From Octopus sinensis (lineage: Eukaryota): a DNA stretch of 64,000 bases. The stretch lies in assembly GCF_006345805.1 (NCBI RefSeq), contig NC_043003.1:65286001-65350000 (forward strand). Reading direction: 5' to 3'. Below the pieces are notes generated by a model. That model did not search any database, was not told the DNA's origin, and saw nothing but the letters and a program-made list of their open reading frames with translations. Positions 38,385-51,740 of this stretch are shown here, in pieces. Position 1 is the stretch's first letter. Every line of letters starts with the position of its first letter. The position numbers and the translations under genes were made by a program.

Positions 38385-38612
38385 TTTTTAAAGCCCAGCC
38401 AGTCTCATGGGCCCAGTTTCCCGGTTTCTATGGCGTATGTGTTCCCCAGCTGGACGGGACGCCAATCCATCGCAGTGTTACTCATTTTTGCCAGCTGAGT
38501 GGACTGGAGCAACGTGAAATGAAGTGATTTGCTCAAGAACACAACGCGTCGCCCGGTTCAGGAATCGAAACCACGATCTTACGATCATGATGTTGACACC
38601 CTAACCACTAAA
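38385..38612 (-). mobile_element. tRNA-derived SINE (third family, CACTCAGCTG...AAATGAG core)
   Basis: Box B GGTTTCGATTCC on the minus strand; core shared with 50872-51060 and 60349-60675. Confidence 0.8.
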
Positions 38613-38634
38613 CTTCCACACACACACACAAACA

Positions 38635-38674
<40 letters not shown>

Positions 38675-38689
38675 TATATATATAACACG

Positions 38690-38985
38690 TGACTGCGTGA
38701 TAAGAAGTTTGCTGCCCATCCACATGGCTGCGGGTTAAGTCTCAAAGCGTGAGACTTCGGGCATATATCTTTTACTATAACTTCGTGCCGACCAATGCCA
38801 TTTGAATGGATTGGTGGATGGAAACTGAAAGAATCTCGTCATATATACTTATAAGCTTGTGGTAAGAAGCGTTCTTCCCACCCACATGGTTCGAGGTTCA
38901 GTCTCACTGCGTGGCACCTTAGGCAAGTACTTTTTACTCAAAAGGTGCCACGCCTTTTGAGTGGATTTGGTAGATGGAAACTGAA
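38690..38985 (+). mobile_element. Two tandem SINE-A 5' halves
   Basis: Two head/core segments, each ending GGAAACTGAA. Confidence 0.75.
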
Positions 38986-39152
38986 GACTCCTGAGGTTGA
39001 TTTCTTCCTCTAAAACCTTTATATAAAACCTTATATATATATAAGATGGTGCTCCAGGATGGCCTCAGTCAAGTGTTTATAAAGAATGAATTTAGAGATT
39101 GGCGAATTGATGCTAAGCATTTCCCCCGGCGTGGTAACGATATATATATTCT

Positions 39153-39558
39153 GGAACGATGTCTTCCTCCAAGGGTCTTTCTCAGGTTGCGGAATGGCGA
39201 AAATTCACAGGGAACGATGGCTTCCTCTAAGGGTCTTTCTCAATTTGGAGGACGGCGAAAATTCCCAGGCAACGATGTCTTCCTCTAAAGGTCTTTCTCA
39301 GCATGGAGAACGGCGGAAATTCACAGGGAACGATGGATTCCTCTAAGGGTCTTTCTCAGTTTGGGGGACGGCGAAAATTCCCAGGCAACGATGTCTTCCT
39401 CTAAAGGTCTTTCTCAGTATGGAGAACGGCGGAAATTCACAGGGAACGATGGCTTCCTCTAAGGGTCTTTCTCAGTTTGGGGGACGGCGAAAATTCCCAG
39501 GCAACGATGTCTTCCTCTAAGGTTCTTTCTCAGCTTAGGGAATGAGGATAATTCACAT
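39153..39558. repeat. 58-bp minisatellite x7 with alternating A/B units
   Basis: Units start at 39153, 39211 ... 39501; odd units have GATGTC...CACA(G), even units GATGG...CCCAG. Confidence 0.95.
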
Positions 39559-39582
39559 CCCTATATAAAGGATAGTTTTTTT

Positions 39583-39966
39583 TTGGAAGCACTCCATCGG
39601 TTACGACGACGAGGGTTCCGGTTGATCCGAATCAACAGAACAGCCTGCTCGTGAAATTAACGTGTAAGTGGCTGAGCACTCCACAGACACGTGTACCCTT
39701 AACGTAGTTCTCGGGGATATTCAGCGTGACACAGAGAGTGACAAGACCGGCCCTTTGAAATACAGGTACAACAGAAACAAGAAGTAAGAGTGAGAGAAAG
39801 TTGTGGTGTAAGAGTACAGCAGGGATCACCACCATCCCCTGCCGGAACCTCGTGGAGCTTTAGGTGTTTTCGCTCAATAAACACTCACAACGCCCGGTCT
39901 GGGAATCGAAACCGCGATCCTATGACCGCGAGTCCGCTGCCCTAACCACTGGGCCATTGCGCCTCC
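39583..39966 (-). mobile_element. Full-length OR-like tRNA-Arg-derived SINE
   Basis: GGAGGCGCAATGGCCCAGTGGTTAGGGCAGCGGACTCGCGG...GGTTTCGATTCCC head; A-rich end at 39576-39583. Confidence 0.9.
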
Positions 39967-40179
39967 GCATAAAGGATAGTAATTCACTAACGTAAATATT
40001 TAGATTGTGGGGAGGACGAGGACAGCTTTGATGCACGTCTCTGTCAAATTGTTGGTTATCGGGATACTTGTCACCGAACCTCTTGAGAAGAAACTTTGCA
40101 CAAATTTTGCGCATATTCAAATCTTCCTGAATAATTGTTTATAGGTGTCACGGCAACTCCAAACTGTGTCCTTATAAAC

Positions 40180-40345
40180 TTTATGGACACACGTTTGCCC
40201 AGATGTCCTGAGGAAGGTTTATAAGCCCGAAATATAGAAATACAAGGTGAAACAGTATCTTTAATTTGTTGTGTTTTGTTCTCTTTTTCTTTTTGTAGTT
40301 TACTCTCTCGCGTTGTTCCGGCCTTACACAAGAAATCTCTTTAAA
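40180..40345 (+). mobile_element. Penelope-like pLTR remnant with decayed hammerhead
   Basis: CTGAGGAAGGTTTATAAGCCCGAAAT followed by a T-rich end like that of 15862-16069. Confidence 0.4.
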
Positions 40346-40420
40346 GTAATACCACATAGTGCTTAACCAAAACTACCCCGTATATATACGAAGAGAGGGA
40401 GAGTGTGTGTGAGAGGGAGA

Positions 40421-40456
<36 letters not shown>

Positions 40457-40658
40457 AGTTTGAACAGAGTATTTAAGCTAGGAAATGAATAAAACAAAGC
40501 TAGGAAAAAGATAGAGCGAGAAAGAGAGTAAGTGAGATAGATAGATAGATAGAGAAAGAGAGTGAGAGAGAGAGTGAGGAGTTTGAAAAGAAAATTTAAA
40601 CTGGGAAACGAGAAAAGCAAAGCTAGAGAAAAGATAGTACGTGAAAGAGAAAGATAAA

Positions 40659-40709
<51 letters not shown>

Positions 40710-41409
40710 AGAGGGAGGGATGAGAGAGAGAGGGAGAGAAATAAATAAATAGATAGGTAGATAGATAGATAGATAGAGAGAGATAGGGAGAGAGAAAGAG
40801 AGAGAGAGAGAGATAAGTTTAAGAGAAACTTTAAACTGGGAAATGAAAAGACAAAGCTGGAAAGAAGAACGAGAAAGAGATAGAAAAAGAAAAAGAGAGA
40901 AGGAAGGATGGTTGAATGAGAGAGAGAGAGAGAGAGAGAGTGACAGAGGGGGGAGAGAGATTTAGGAGGAAAGGAAAAGGAGAGAGAGAAATAAAGTGGG
41001 AAATGTTGTGATAGAGAATAATATGTACAATGTTATTTATGAGCATCTAGATATATCCTTATATAGTTATATCGATTCCATGATTATTGTCATTACATGG
41101 GGAGCGAAATATTTATATACATCTCTACAGTAAATTTAAAATGGAAATATTTCATTTGCTTGTTACTCCTAAACATAACATTTGAAGTTATTAAGATATC
41201 CTCTATTCAAACTATTTCTGATACGAGAGTCTCTAGGCAGTTTCTAGCGGTGCTAGAAAGAGAAAGCAATCTGATCAGAACTTTCGCTTAGACGCTTTAG
41301 AATATATGCTATTTTTTCTCGAAAATCTCTCTTGATCATCCAGTCTTCGGCCCTTCTAGCTTTTACCTATAGCCTATGTCTTTTCACATAAAAGAAAACT
41401 AATTTATAA

Positions 41410-41708
41410 TACAGTTCTATATTTAAGAGATGAAGAATCATGTACGTTATTTACATTATTTACATTTGACGGGTATTTGCCCACATCTTGTTCGTTGTTA
41501 ACACAACGTTTTAGTTGATATACCCTCCAGCCTTCATGAGGTGTCTTGGGGAAATTTTGAAACTGGGCATATGGCGTAGTGGTTAAGAGCGCGAGCCACT
41601 AACACCAAGATTCCGAGTTCGATTCCAGGCAGTGACCTGAATAATAATAATAATAATAATGATAATAATGATATAATAAAATATAATAATAATGATAATA
41701 ATAAAATA

Positions 41709-41766
<58 letters not shown>

Positions 41767-41924
41767 TCTAACATCGAAAAATACCTTAGGAATGAGAAGC
41801 CAGGTTCGAAATTTCCCCAAGACACCTGATGAAGGCTGGAGGGTGTATCAACCGAAACGTAGTGTTAACAACAAACAAGATGAGAACAAATATCCGTCTA
41901 ATGTAAATAATGTAAATAATGTAC
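41410..41924 (+). mobile_element. H1 tRNA-headed hammerhead SINE with 5' inverted arm
   Basis: Inverted arm at 41410-41567; head GGGCATATGGCGTAGTGG...GAGTTCGATTCC from 41565; (AAT)n; HHR at 41821-41866. Confidence 0.9.
41821..41866 (+). ncRNA. Minimal type I hammerhead motif (H1)
   Basis: GACAC CUGAUGA A GGCUG(loop)CAACC GAAAC GUA/GUGUU; one stem II mismatch. Confidence 0.65.
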
Positions 41925-42140
41925 GGAAGTTTATAATAGATATTTGTTCTACTTCCTATCTCTTAAGTTTAAGTATCCTCGAGAACCCCGTGCTCACGAA
42001 CCATCGACATTTATACTCTCGGGTTGTCACGACAGATGGTTCCATTTCTTATATATATCTACATATTTATCTATGTAAATATCTATTTATCTTTAACCCT
42101 CCTTCTTCACTTCTCTTTTTTCTGTCTCATTTCACCCTCA

Positions 42141-42180
<40 letters not shown>

Positions 42181-42399
42181 TGCAACATATGTATTGCGTA
42201 TATATTTATTCACGTATATACGTATGTATATATGTACATACGTATACATGCCTTCATACTCTTGTGTGTAACATCCTCATATATGTAGTGTTTCACCACA
42301 GTGAATACCCGCTTGCATAGATACACACACACACACACACCGCACGCACATACACATACAAACACTCACACACATATACACATATAAACAAGTAGATAG

Positions 42400-43070
<671 letters not shown>

Positions 43071-43433
43071 AGGTTTAGCCAGAGTATTAAAAGAAAATAT
43101 TCATCATACTTATGCAGAGTACAACTGATTGCTATCAAATGTTTCTACAAGGTAAACAAGATGCGGAAATATAACTAAATAGAAGTGGGTGTTAGACAGA
43201 GAGGCACAGCTCTGTGATAGGAATAGGACCACATGCTGTTGAATTTAATTAAATCCAACCAGGAAAACACCACTGGATAAATGGCTGGATGTAAATGGAG
43301 TGGATGTGTAGCAGAAGGATTACAACGCCAATAACAATATATATATATTAATATTAATAATAATATATATATATATATATATACATACATACACATGCTT
43401 ATATATATATACATATATATATATATACATAAT

Positions 43434-43466
<33 letters not shown>

Positions 43467-43975
43467 TAAACATACATACATACATACATACATACACATA
43501 CATACATATACATACATACATATTATATACATACACACATACACATACATACATATATATATACATACATACATACATACACATACATACATACATACAC
43601 ACACATACATACATACATACATATTATATATATATAATATATATATATATATCTATACCACAAATATAATAAAATAAACATGGAATACGAATCTGATGGC
43701 AAAAAAATATGCAAATACCATATCGATACTGTTATCAAGATTAGAAAATTATCTTAGAATTTCATCCACAGGAGACACACACACGCGCATTTGTGCTTAT
43801 GTGTGTGGTGTGCGTGTATGGGATATTAGAAATATGTAAATAAAACTAAATAAAACAGAAACGACAAAATGTCCACAAATTATATATTCATTAAGATTTA
43901 TATATTGATAATAGTTCTATTATAGGTAATTAGTAAGCATTATCCATGTATGCAAGTGTATATGTATATTCTTGT

Positions 43976-44057
<82 letters not shown>

Positions 44058-44067
44058 GGATTATGTG

Positions 44068-44126
<59 letters not shown>

Positions 44127-44206
44127 ATTATGTGTATATATATATATATAATCTATATATATATATGATTATGTTATATATATATATATATATATATAGG
44201 ATTATG

Positions 44207-44252
<46 letters not shown>

Positions 44253-44801
44253 TATGTGTGCATGTATCTGTGTTGTGCATGTATCTATATATAATATATA
44301 TATTCTAAATTACATGTATATGTGTCTATATAAATACGTGTGTGTGTCTCTTCGTACATGTACATTATATATGATACATATGTATAAATATAGATATATT
44401 TATGTGTATATCTGTGTATATATAGTTGTTTGTGTGTCCATAAGATTGTATATGCATGTTTGTTGGTGTGTTTACTACACGTTTAATAAAAATAGACTAC
44501 AGTATAAAAATACAAATTAATTATGTAAAAAAAAAAAATTGGAGGTTAAACGGCGAAGAAATGTGGGAGGATCTCGATGTTTATGGTTCATATTAACATG
44601 TGTTGATCGATGTCCCCTAATCGTTTATGGCTTACAAATAACAACGATAGAAATCAAAACGAGACTCAAAGGACTTCTAAAGACATAAACAGGCCGGATG
44701 TAAAACGTTAAATCTAATTGCTTCAGAGTGTCACCTTATCTACGTGGAAATCTATATACTCTGCTTAGTCTATATTTTCTAATCCCAATATGCTACACAC
44801 A

Positions 44802-44839
<38 letters not shown>

Positions 44840-45239
44840 GATAAAAAAATATATAAAAAGCAAGAATTCTTTCCGTCTACGACCAGCCAAATATCTTGGG
44901 AATTCCATAACTACTTATGGTGGGGCTACTGTTCAGACCAATTTCATTAGAGAATATGAAAGTATATATATATATGAAACGCATGATAACCGGTTTGCTT
45001 ATCTTAGCACGTGTAAAGGCAACTCTATGTAAAGAGAGATAGTTTTATGCATTTCGTAGACCATGTTAATATACCAGTGTTACTTCTTTTACTCTACAAA
45101 TGTATATTTTTTCTTCATTTCATTGAGATGATTAATACAAGGGATCTTTTTTTTGTCGGCTGTCATATTTTTACTGCGTGTATTCCCTACTTTTGTATTA
45201 TGGGTATGAGCCATGTTTTATTTTGTGTACTTGTTATTA

Positions 45240-45420
45240 ATATACGGAGATACTCTTCGTAATACATGCGCAGTGTGTATTCATGCTATTTCCTGTATGT
45301 TGTGCTTATTTCTAAGTCCTGTGGTTTCGGTAATGTATTTGTGCGCATGCATTTTATAATCCCCAAGGCACCTATTATTGTAGACATTGTTTCCGATCTT
45401 CGACTCCCTCAGTCCCCTTA
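45240..45420 (-). mobile_element. Decayed R4/Dong-like C-terminus
   Basis: Minus strand gives IIGALGII...NIQEIA*IHTAHVLRRV, paralleling 7080-7230. Confidence 0.55.
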
Positions 45421-45921
45421 TCTTTGTTTACAGATCGTTATATTTGGATAATTTCTCTTTTCTTTGAGAATTATTTTATCATCGGTTGGGACTGATTCTT
45501 CGATTAGGAATCACCCACCCTTTCCTGATAATCTTATTTAAGTATATCTGGTCTACTTGTTTTGATTATTCTGTCTGCGTGGCTTGGCTTATCCAAAAAC
45601 GTGGCTTTGCTCATTCTATAAGATCATTTTTCGCAACATATAACTATACCGTCTCTTTGGGTTTGTATTTCATTATGCAGGCATAACTTCCGAGTGTATG
45701 CAAACCTCACCTCTGTCTTACTTCTAGATACGTTTTTTTTTCTTGGTTAAGTCTAGGCCATTAGAGACAATGCGGTTAAATGCTTCCGAAGTTACTGCGA
45801 TCTGTTCCATTACATGAACAAAGACCTCCGCTTAAACAACCTGATACAAAGATTTTAACATCACTATATTCCAGATTTTAATATCACAATATCGAACAAC
45901 CCTCTCAAAAATTACTTCATT

Positions 45922-46233
45922 CAGTTCTATATTTAAGAGATGGGGAATTATTTACATTATTTACATTTGTTTGTCCTCATCTTGTTTGTTGTTAACACAA
46001 CGTTTCAGCTGATATAACCTCCAGCCTTCATCAGGTGTCTTGGGGAAACTTCGTATCTGGTTTCTCATGCTTTTCGTCATTCTATAGGTCCAGTTTTTCG
46101 CAGCATAAAACTACACCATCTCTTTGGGTTTGTATTTCATCATGCAGAAATAAATTCGGGGCATATATATGGTGCAATGGTTAAGAGCGTGGGTTAATAA
46201 CCCAAAGATTCTGAGTTCGATTCCAGGCTGTCA

Positions 46234-46314
<81 letters not shown>

Positions 46315-46467
46315 TAATAATAACAACAACAACAACAACATCGAAAAATACCTTAGGAATGAGGACCTAGGTTCAAACTTTCACCAAGACATCTTATGAA
46401 GGCTGGAGCGTATATCAGCAGAAACGTTGTGTTAACAGCAAACAAGATGACAAATATCCGTCAAATG
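45922..46467 (+). mobile_element. H1 tRNA-headed hammerhead SINE with 5' inverted arm and captured flank segment
   Basis: Inverted arm at 45922-46068, flank copy at 46069-46160, head from 46158, (AAT)n, tail. Confidence 0.9.
45994..46039 (-). ncRNA. Minimal type I hammerhead motif (H1), best-preserved copy
   Basis: GACAC CUGAUGA A GGCUG(GAGGUUAUAU)CAGCU GAAAC GUU/GUGUU. Confidence 0.7.
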
Positions 46468-46477
46468 AAAGAAGCTC

Positions 46478-46544
<67 letters not shown>

Positions 46545-46550
<6 letters not shown>

Positions 46551-46725
46551 TTGTCTCCCTGCCATCGATGTTGGTGTGTTTACCTCCACTTAAGCAAGTG
46601 GTTCAACAAAAGAGACAGATAGAATAAGCACTAGGTTTACAACGAATAAGTACTTGGGTCGATTTGTTCGACTGTAGGCGATGCTCCAACATGGCTGCAG
46701 TAAAATAACCGAAACAAGTAAAAGA
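46545..46725 (+). mobile_element. SINE-A 3' half
   Basis: Tail GGCGATGCTCCAACATGGCTGCAGTAAAATAACCGAAACAAGTAAAAG. Confidence 0.8.
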
Positions 46726-46833
46726 ATATATATACACACATACACATATGTGAGGATATGTACATACATGCATATACATACATATAAATAGATAAATAGG
46801 TTACACGAAGAGACACATATATATAATAGTATA

Positions 46834-46983
46834 GAATACTATTATAATTAAGGCCACAGCGATTTCAATGCCTACATGTTGAAGATAGCTCTAGAGATCT
46901 CTATGCCCTTAATTATAGATTAATTTAGCATCTATCTTCAGCATATGGACCTAGAAATCTGTGTCCTTAATTATAATTGTATT
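46834..46983. repeat. Imperfect inverted repeat with ~50-bp arms
   Basis: AATACTATTATAATTAAGGCCACAG...TGTTGAAGATAG versus CTATCTTCAGCA...CTGTGTCCTTAATTATAATTGTATT. Confidence 0.85.
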
Positions 46984-46987
46984 TCAT

Positions 46988-47315
46988 ACGAAGAAAAATT
47001 TGAGCTCATCCACTTTGGTTGAGAGGGCACACTCAATCAACTATATACACTACCGTTGGGAAACCTACTTGAACCGTCGGATAATATCAGAGACTTAGGT
47101 GTAACTGTCGACAGTAATCTTAGCTGGAGTTTGCACATCAACAAAAAGTCGATGTTGCCCGCAGAATGTGCTCATGGATCCTCAGAACTTTCGAATCTAT
47201 GGATCATGAAACCATCATCCTTCTCTGCTCTATATTCGCTAGACCCCACCTCGAATACTGCTGCCCATTTTCGTCCCCCTACAAAAACAAGACATAATGA
47301 GGATCGAAGCGCCAC
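46988..47315 (+). mobile_element. CR1-group LINE RT fragment
   Basis: EEKFELIHFG, DNIRDLGVTVDSNLSW, WILRTF and PHLEYCCP motifs across frameshifts. Confidence 0.8.
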
Positions 47316-48078
47316 TAGTTTGGTAGGCCTGCAAATGTCATAGGAAACTACTTTAAGCCTGCGTATAATATAATAATATTTCGTCCTCTGTGTTTGTTTA
47401 TATTTTTGCGTATTTTGAAATGACGGAAAGTAATTATACCAACATGTGAAACCATAAAATTAATTGGTCTAATATCAATAATATATACTGTCCTATCCAA
47501 AACCACTTATGAATTATAAAACACCTGGTTCCTATTTCCCATTTTTGTTACAGAATTCTTTAAAGAAATACCGGGAAATGGATATATTCAACGATTCATT
47601 TAACTGATTCAATTAACTGGTCATCTCTGTAGCGATATTGTACTATAATCTGATAGGTTTTCCGTTTCTAACACCTGCTAATTTCATGTACATATTAAGC
47701 CCAAAAAAAAAAGTATAAGAGAAGAAAGAAAAGAACGAGGACAGCAGTCTTATATTTAGAATCGCTTGCAAGATTTGTTTTAATTCTTTTATCACTTCGG
47801 CAATTCGTTCGTTAAAATTTCCCGAGGCTATTGTCAGTTAGTATCGTGTTCAAAACGCCATAAAAGATCACAAAAGAGACAAATTAAATAACAAAAAAAA
47901 AAAGAAAAAAACACCGTAGTCTCCCGATTGCATCTCTCACTTATTTCAATCTTTGGACTGCGGCTATGACTGGATTCGGTTGACTGATACGTCATGTGTG
48001 TGTGTGCGTGCGTGTATGTATATATGTATATATGTATGTATGTATGTATGTAGGAAGGTATGTATGTATGTATATCTA

Positions 48079-48119
<41 letters not shown>

Positions 48120-48147
48120 CTCTATCAATCTGTCTATCTATATATCT

Positions 48148-48195
<48 letters not shown>

Positions 48196-48651
48196 GATAT
48201 GAGAGGTTTAGTTCACTGGTGATCTAAACGAAAAGGTACGCTACGTGCTATAATTGGTCATCCGTTATGTTCCAAGCTGGAATTAGGGATCCGTATTATG
48301 CTTCCCCGTTACCAGATATGTACTAGAACAGAAGGCCAACAAAATCCGAGGCAGGGCAAGTATCTCAAATCATCTGCATACACTCAAAACCCACTTCTAT
48401 CTATCTTGATGTCTATATTTCTCACTCTATATACGTAGACCATTTGCACTTATTCCATTACTTCAACATCAACAAATCATTCAAAATACTGTCAGAATAC
48501 TGCATGGATTTACCGTAACGGCAATGTAAACTTTACTTAGTAGCCTGCGGTATACACTTCGTTTGGATACTTACCAATTCCGAGGTTCCGCTCGCTATGA
48601 AACATGATGCCTGGGATTTGTCTACTCCATTCTTTAACTCTTGAAGATATA

Positions 48652-48981
48652 TGGAGTGGTTGTTTGGTAAGTAGCTTGCTTACCAATCACGTGGTTGCGG
48701 TTTCAGTCCCACTGCGTGGAAACTTAACCAAGTGTCTTCTACGATAGCCTCGAACACGCCAAAGCCTTGTAAGTAGATTTGGTGAACGGAAACTAGAAGA
48801 AGCCCGTATATATACGAATGGCTTTAGTCAGTTTCTGTGTTTCTGTCTACCAAATCCACGTACAAGGCTTTGGTCAGCCGGGAGCTATAGTAGGAAACTT
48901 TCGTCCAAGGTGTCGCACAATGCGACTGAACCCGAAACCCTCTGGTTCGGCAACAAATTACTTACCGCACAGCCATGCCTA
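48652..48981. mobile_element. Two SINE-A 5' halves in adjacent inverted orientation
   Basis: Plus copy at about 48652-48808, minus copy at about 48814-48981. Confidence 0.85.
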
Positions 48982-50256
48982 TGAAAAGAAATAATGAGAA
49001 TATATTATTAGATTTTTTTTTTATCTTTTCCCTTTTATCTTTTACTCCGTACATTAGTTGGTACATTAGATTATTAATGGTTCATTCATTAAATATAGTG
49101 AAACTCACTTATATATCTACGATACTTGAGTAACAACCGATTCAACACAAACAGTATTCGAGACCTTACAATCTATTGATGCTTGACACCTCATAGGGCG
49201 AACTTGATTCAGTAACTCACTCCAGGATCCGTTTCATAGACGAGCTCTCTAAATGTCTGACATTTCGACCGCCTTACAATAGATCTCTTTCCTTTGAAAT
49301 TGCTGATTTTATACCACTCCCGACTAAATCCACTTCAAACACACACTTCTCAAGCACCAAAGACCTTTTCTGATTATTTTTCTTTGCTGTTTTTATTTTT
49401 TATTTTTCCAACTAAGAATATTGTCATTCTGAAGTCCCATCCCTTCTCTCAAAGATGTCTGACTTTCCATGCTTGAACCAAAACAGATATTCAATGATTA
49501 TGTTCTTTTAACTGAAATTTTGCAATTTGCTTGGCACACCTCCCGTTGTTTACAGCTTTGACTAGTAAGAGGCTCCGCTGGGATTACTTCTATGCATCAG
49601 TTGCGTTGCTTAGACAACACAGCCCTTATTACTGCTCCTATGACACACAACACACGAGAGATAGGCCATGAAAATGCTTATAAGTTCACTTCCAAAGATA
49701 TGAAGATCTGTTCCACTTGTACGCTATATTGTGAATCTTCTACGTTTATTTTGAAGTATACATTTATGTGTGTGTGTGTGTGTATGTGTGAGTTTGTTTT
49801 CTGTGTGTGCCTGTATGTGTGTCTGTATTTTTGCGTTTGCGTGTGTATTTGTTTTTGTGTGTATTTGTGTGTGTGTGTGTGTGTGTGCGTGTGTGTGCGT
49901 GCGTACGAGAGTGTATTTCGGAGTTGGAATTGTCTGCCAAGCTATTTGATGTACGGCTGCTTTTGAAATGGAAGCAACTACACAGTAAAAGATTCTTGCT
50001 TCTCTCTGTATGAATACATATTTACATATATGGCATACACAAACACACACGCGTACAAACACACACACACACATAAGTACACATACACAAAGATATGCAT
50101 TTACTTTCTATCAAACCATTCCTCCATATGTATCTATGTATTCATATATGTCTGTTTGTCTGCTGGCTGTCTATGTATCTATCTATTTATCTATCTGTCT
50201 ATCTATCTATCTGTCTGTCTGTTTCACTGTCTGTCTATCTATATATGTATGTATAT

Positions 50257-50309
<53 letters not shown>

Positions 50310-50367
50310 TATATATATATAGCTATCAATATGCCTGACAAGATGTCTGTCTGATTGACTGTCTTCC

Positions 50368-50409
<42 letters not shown>

Positions 50410-50871
50410 AGTCTGTCTCTCTATCGATCGATCTCTCTATCGATCGATCTCTCTATCTGCATTGAACTAAAAATATATTAAGTGTATACATATAAGTATA
50501 TCAAACACTATATAATATAAATTCTTGATTTATCACAATTACCTCCGACGCTGGGGCAATATCTCACTTATCAAACGGCAATCGAGAACACCTCCCTTTG
50601 AGAAAGCGTGGAATATCAAAACTCTACAGTCGCCCAAAGTTGAGATGCCTGTAAAGTAAAGGCAGTCATATTGTCTGGACAGAAGAGGGGGGGGTCGACG
50701 AAACCTGTTTCTCCCTCGATAGGCGTCATCAGCATGCATTGTCCTACTACACAATCACACATACAAGATAATTCGTTAAAGGCTCATTCAGTGTATTACA
50801 TTACATATACTTCCCACATATTACTCACTCGTATCTGTAACGCCGACGTATGGCACAGGCTGATATTCCGT

Positions 50872-51060
50872 CAGTCACGACGACGAGCGTTCCAGTTGAT
50901 CTAATCAACGAAACAAATATAACTCATTTTTGCTAGCTGAGTGGAATGGAGGAACGTTAAAATAAAACCTTGCTCAATGGCACAATGCGCCGCCGAGAAT
51001 CGAACTCACGACTTTACGATCGTGAGCCAAATGCCTTAATCAATAAGGCACGACTCTTCC
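50872..51060 (-). mobile_element. Diverged tRNA-SINE (third-family head joined to an OR-like tail)
   Basis: GAGTTCGATTCTC box B; ACGACGACGAGCGTTCCAGTTGATC matches the tail at 39602-39635. Confidence 0.7.
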
Positions 51061-51740
51061 TGCATACAATGCAGACACAGGGATCAAAACAGATGCACAT
51101 TAATACAGCGTAGCACACACACACCTACACGCTCACTCACATATACTCACATACTTACACGCTCACTGACACACGCACACACACACTGACACCCTCACTC
51201 ATACACTCTCTCACACACACCCATACAGATACACACTTACACATACCCATATCGACACACATTCACACACACGTACATATACACGCACATTATTTTTGTC
51301 TATTGTCTCCCTTAATATTCGTTCTCCCTGATAAAGAGCAAAAAAAAAAAATACTTTCATTTCGACCTCACTTTCCAGTATGGCGATCTCCTAACATAAC
51401 GCATCGATGCATCATCTCTGTTTATTTTACTATTTGATTTGTTTCCGTTATTTTTTTGTTTTGGCTGTTTTCTACAATGAATGGCATTTAGTCTGTAACG
51501 TAAGATGCTTCTTTGAACGTGTTCTTCTCTTTTTCTGTTTTGCAGTCCAACGTTTGTATTTTTGCTGTTCTTTATTTTGTATTTTGAAACCTACACGAAT
51601 TTTCATTCGCAACACTAACGCTGCTTCCAGAACTGTTCTTGAATTACAAGGTGTTGGATTACATTGCATCACTTATACCTACATACATCTGTGTATGTAT
51701 GCATAAACTTATGTATGTGTACATCCTTTTACTTTTTTAT

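Noticed and set aside
39153-39558. CRISPR-like array
   Set aside because: The units are contiguous with no unique spacers, there are no cas genes, and the context is eukaryotic.
41565-41638. tRNA genes at SINE heads (also 39890-39966 and 60349-60425)
   Set aside because: Acceptor and T stems are broken, anticodons differ between copies, and each continues into a SINE body.
50694-50707. 14-nt match (GTCGACGAAACCTG) to my recollection of the miR-981 3' part
   Set aside because: The seed end is replaced by a G run and there is no precursor hairpin.
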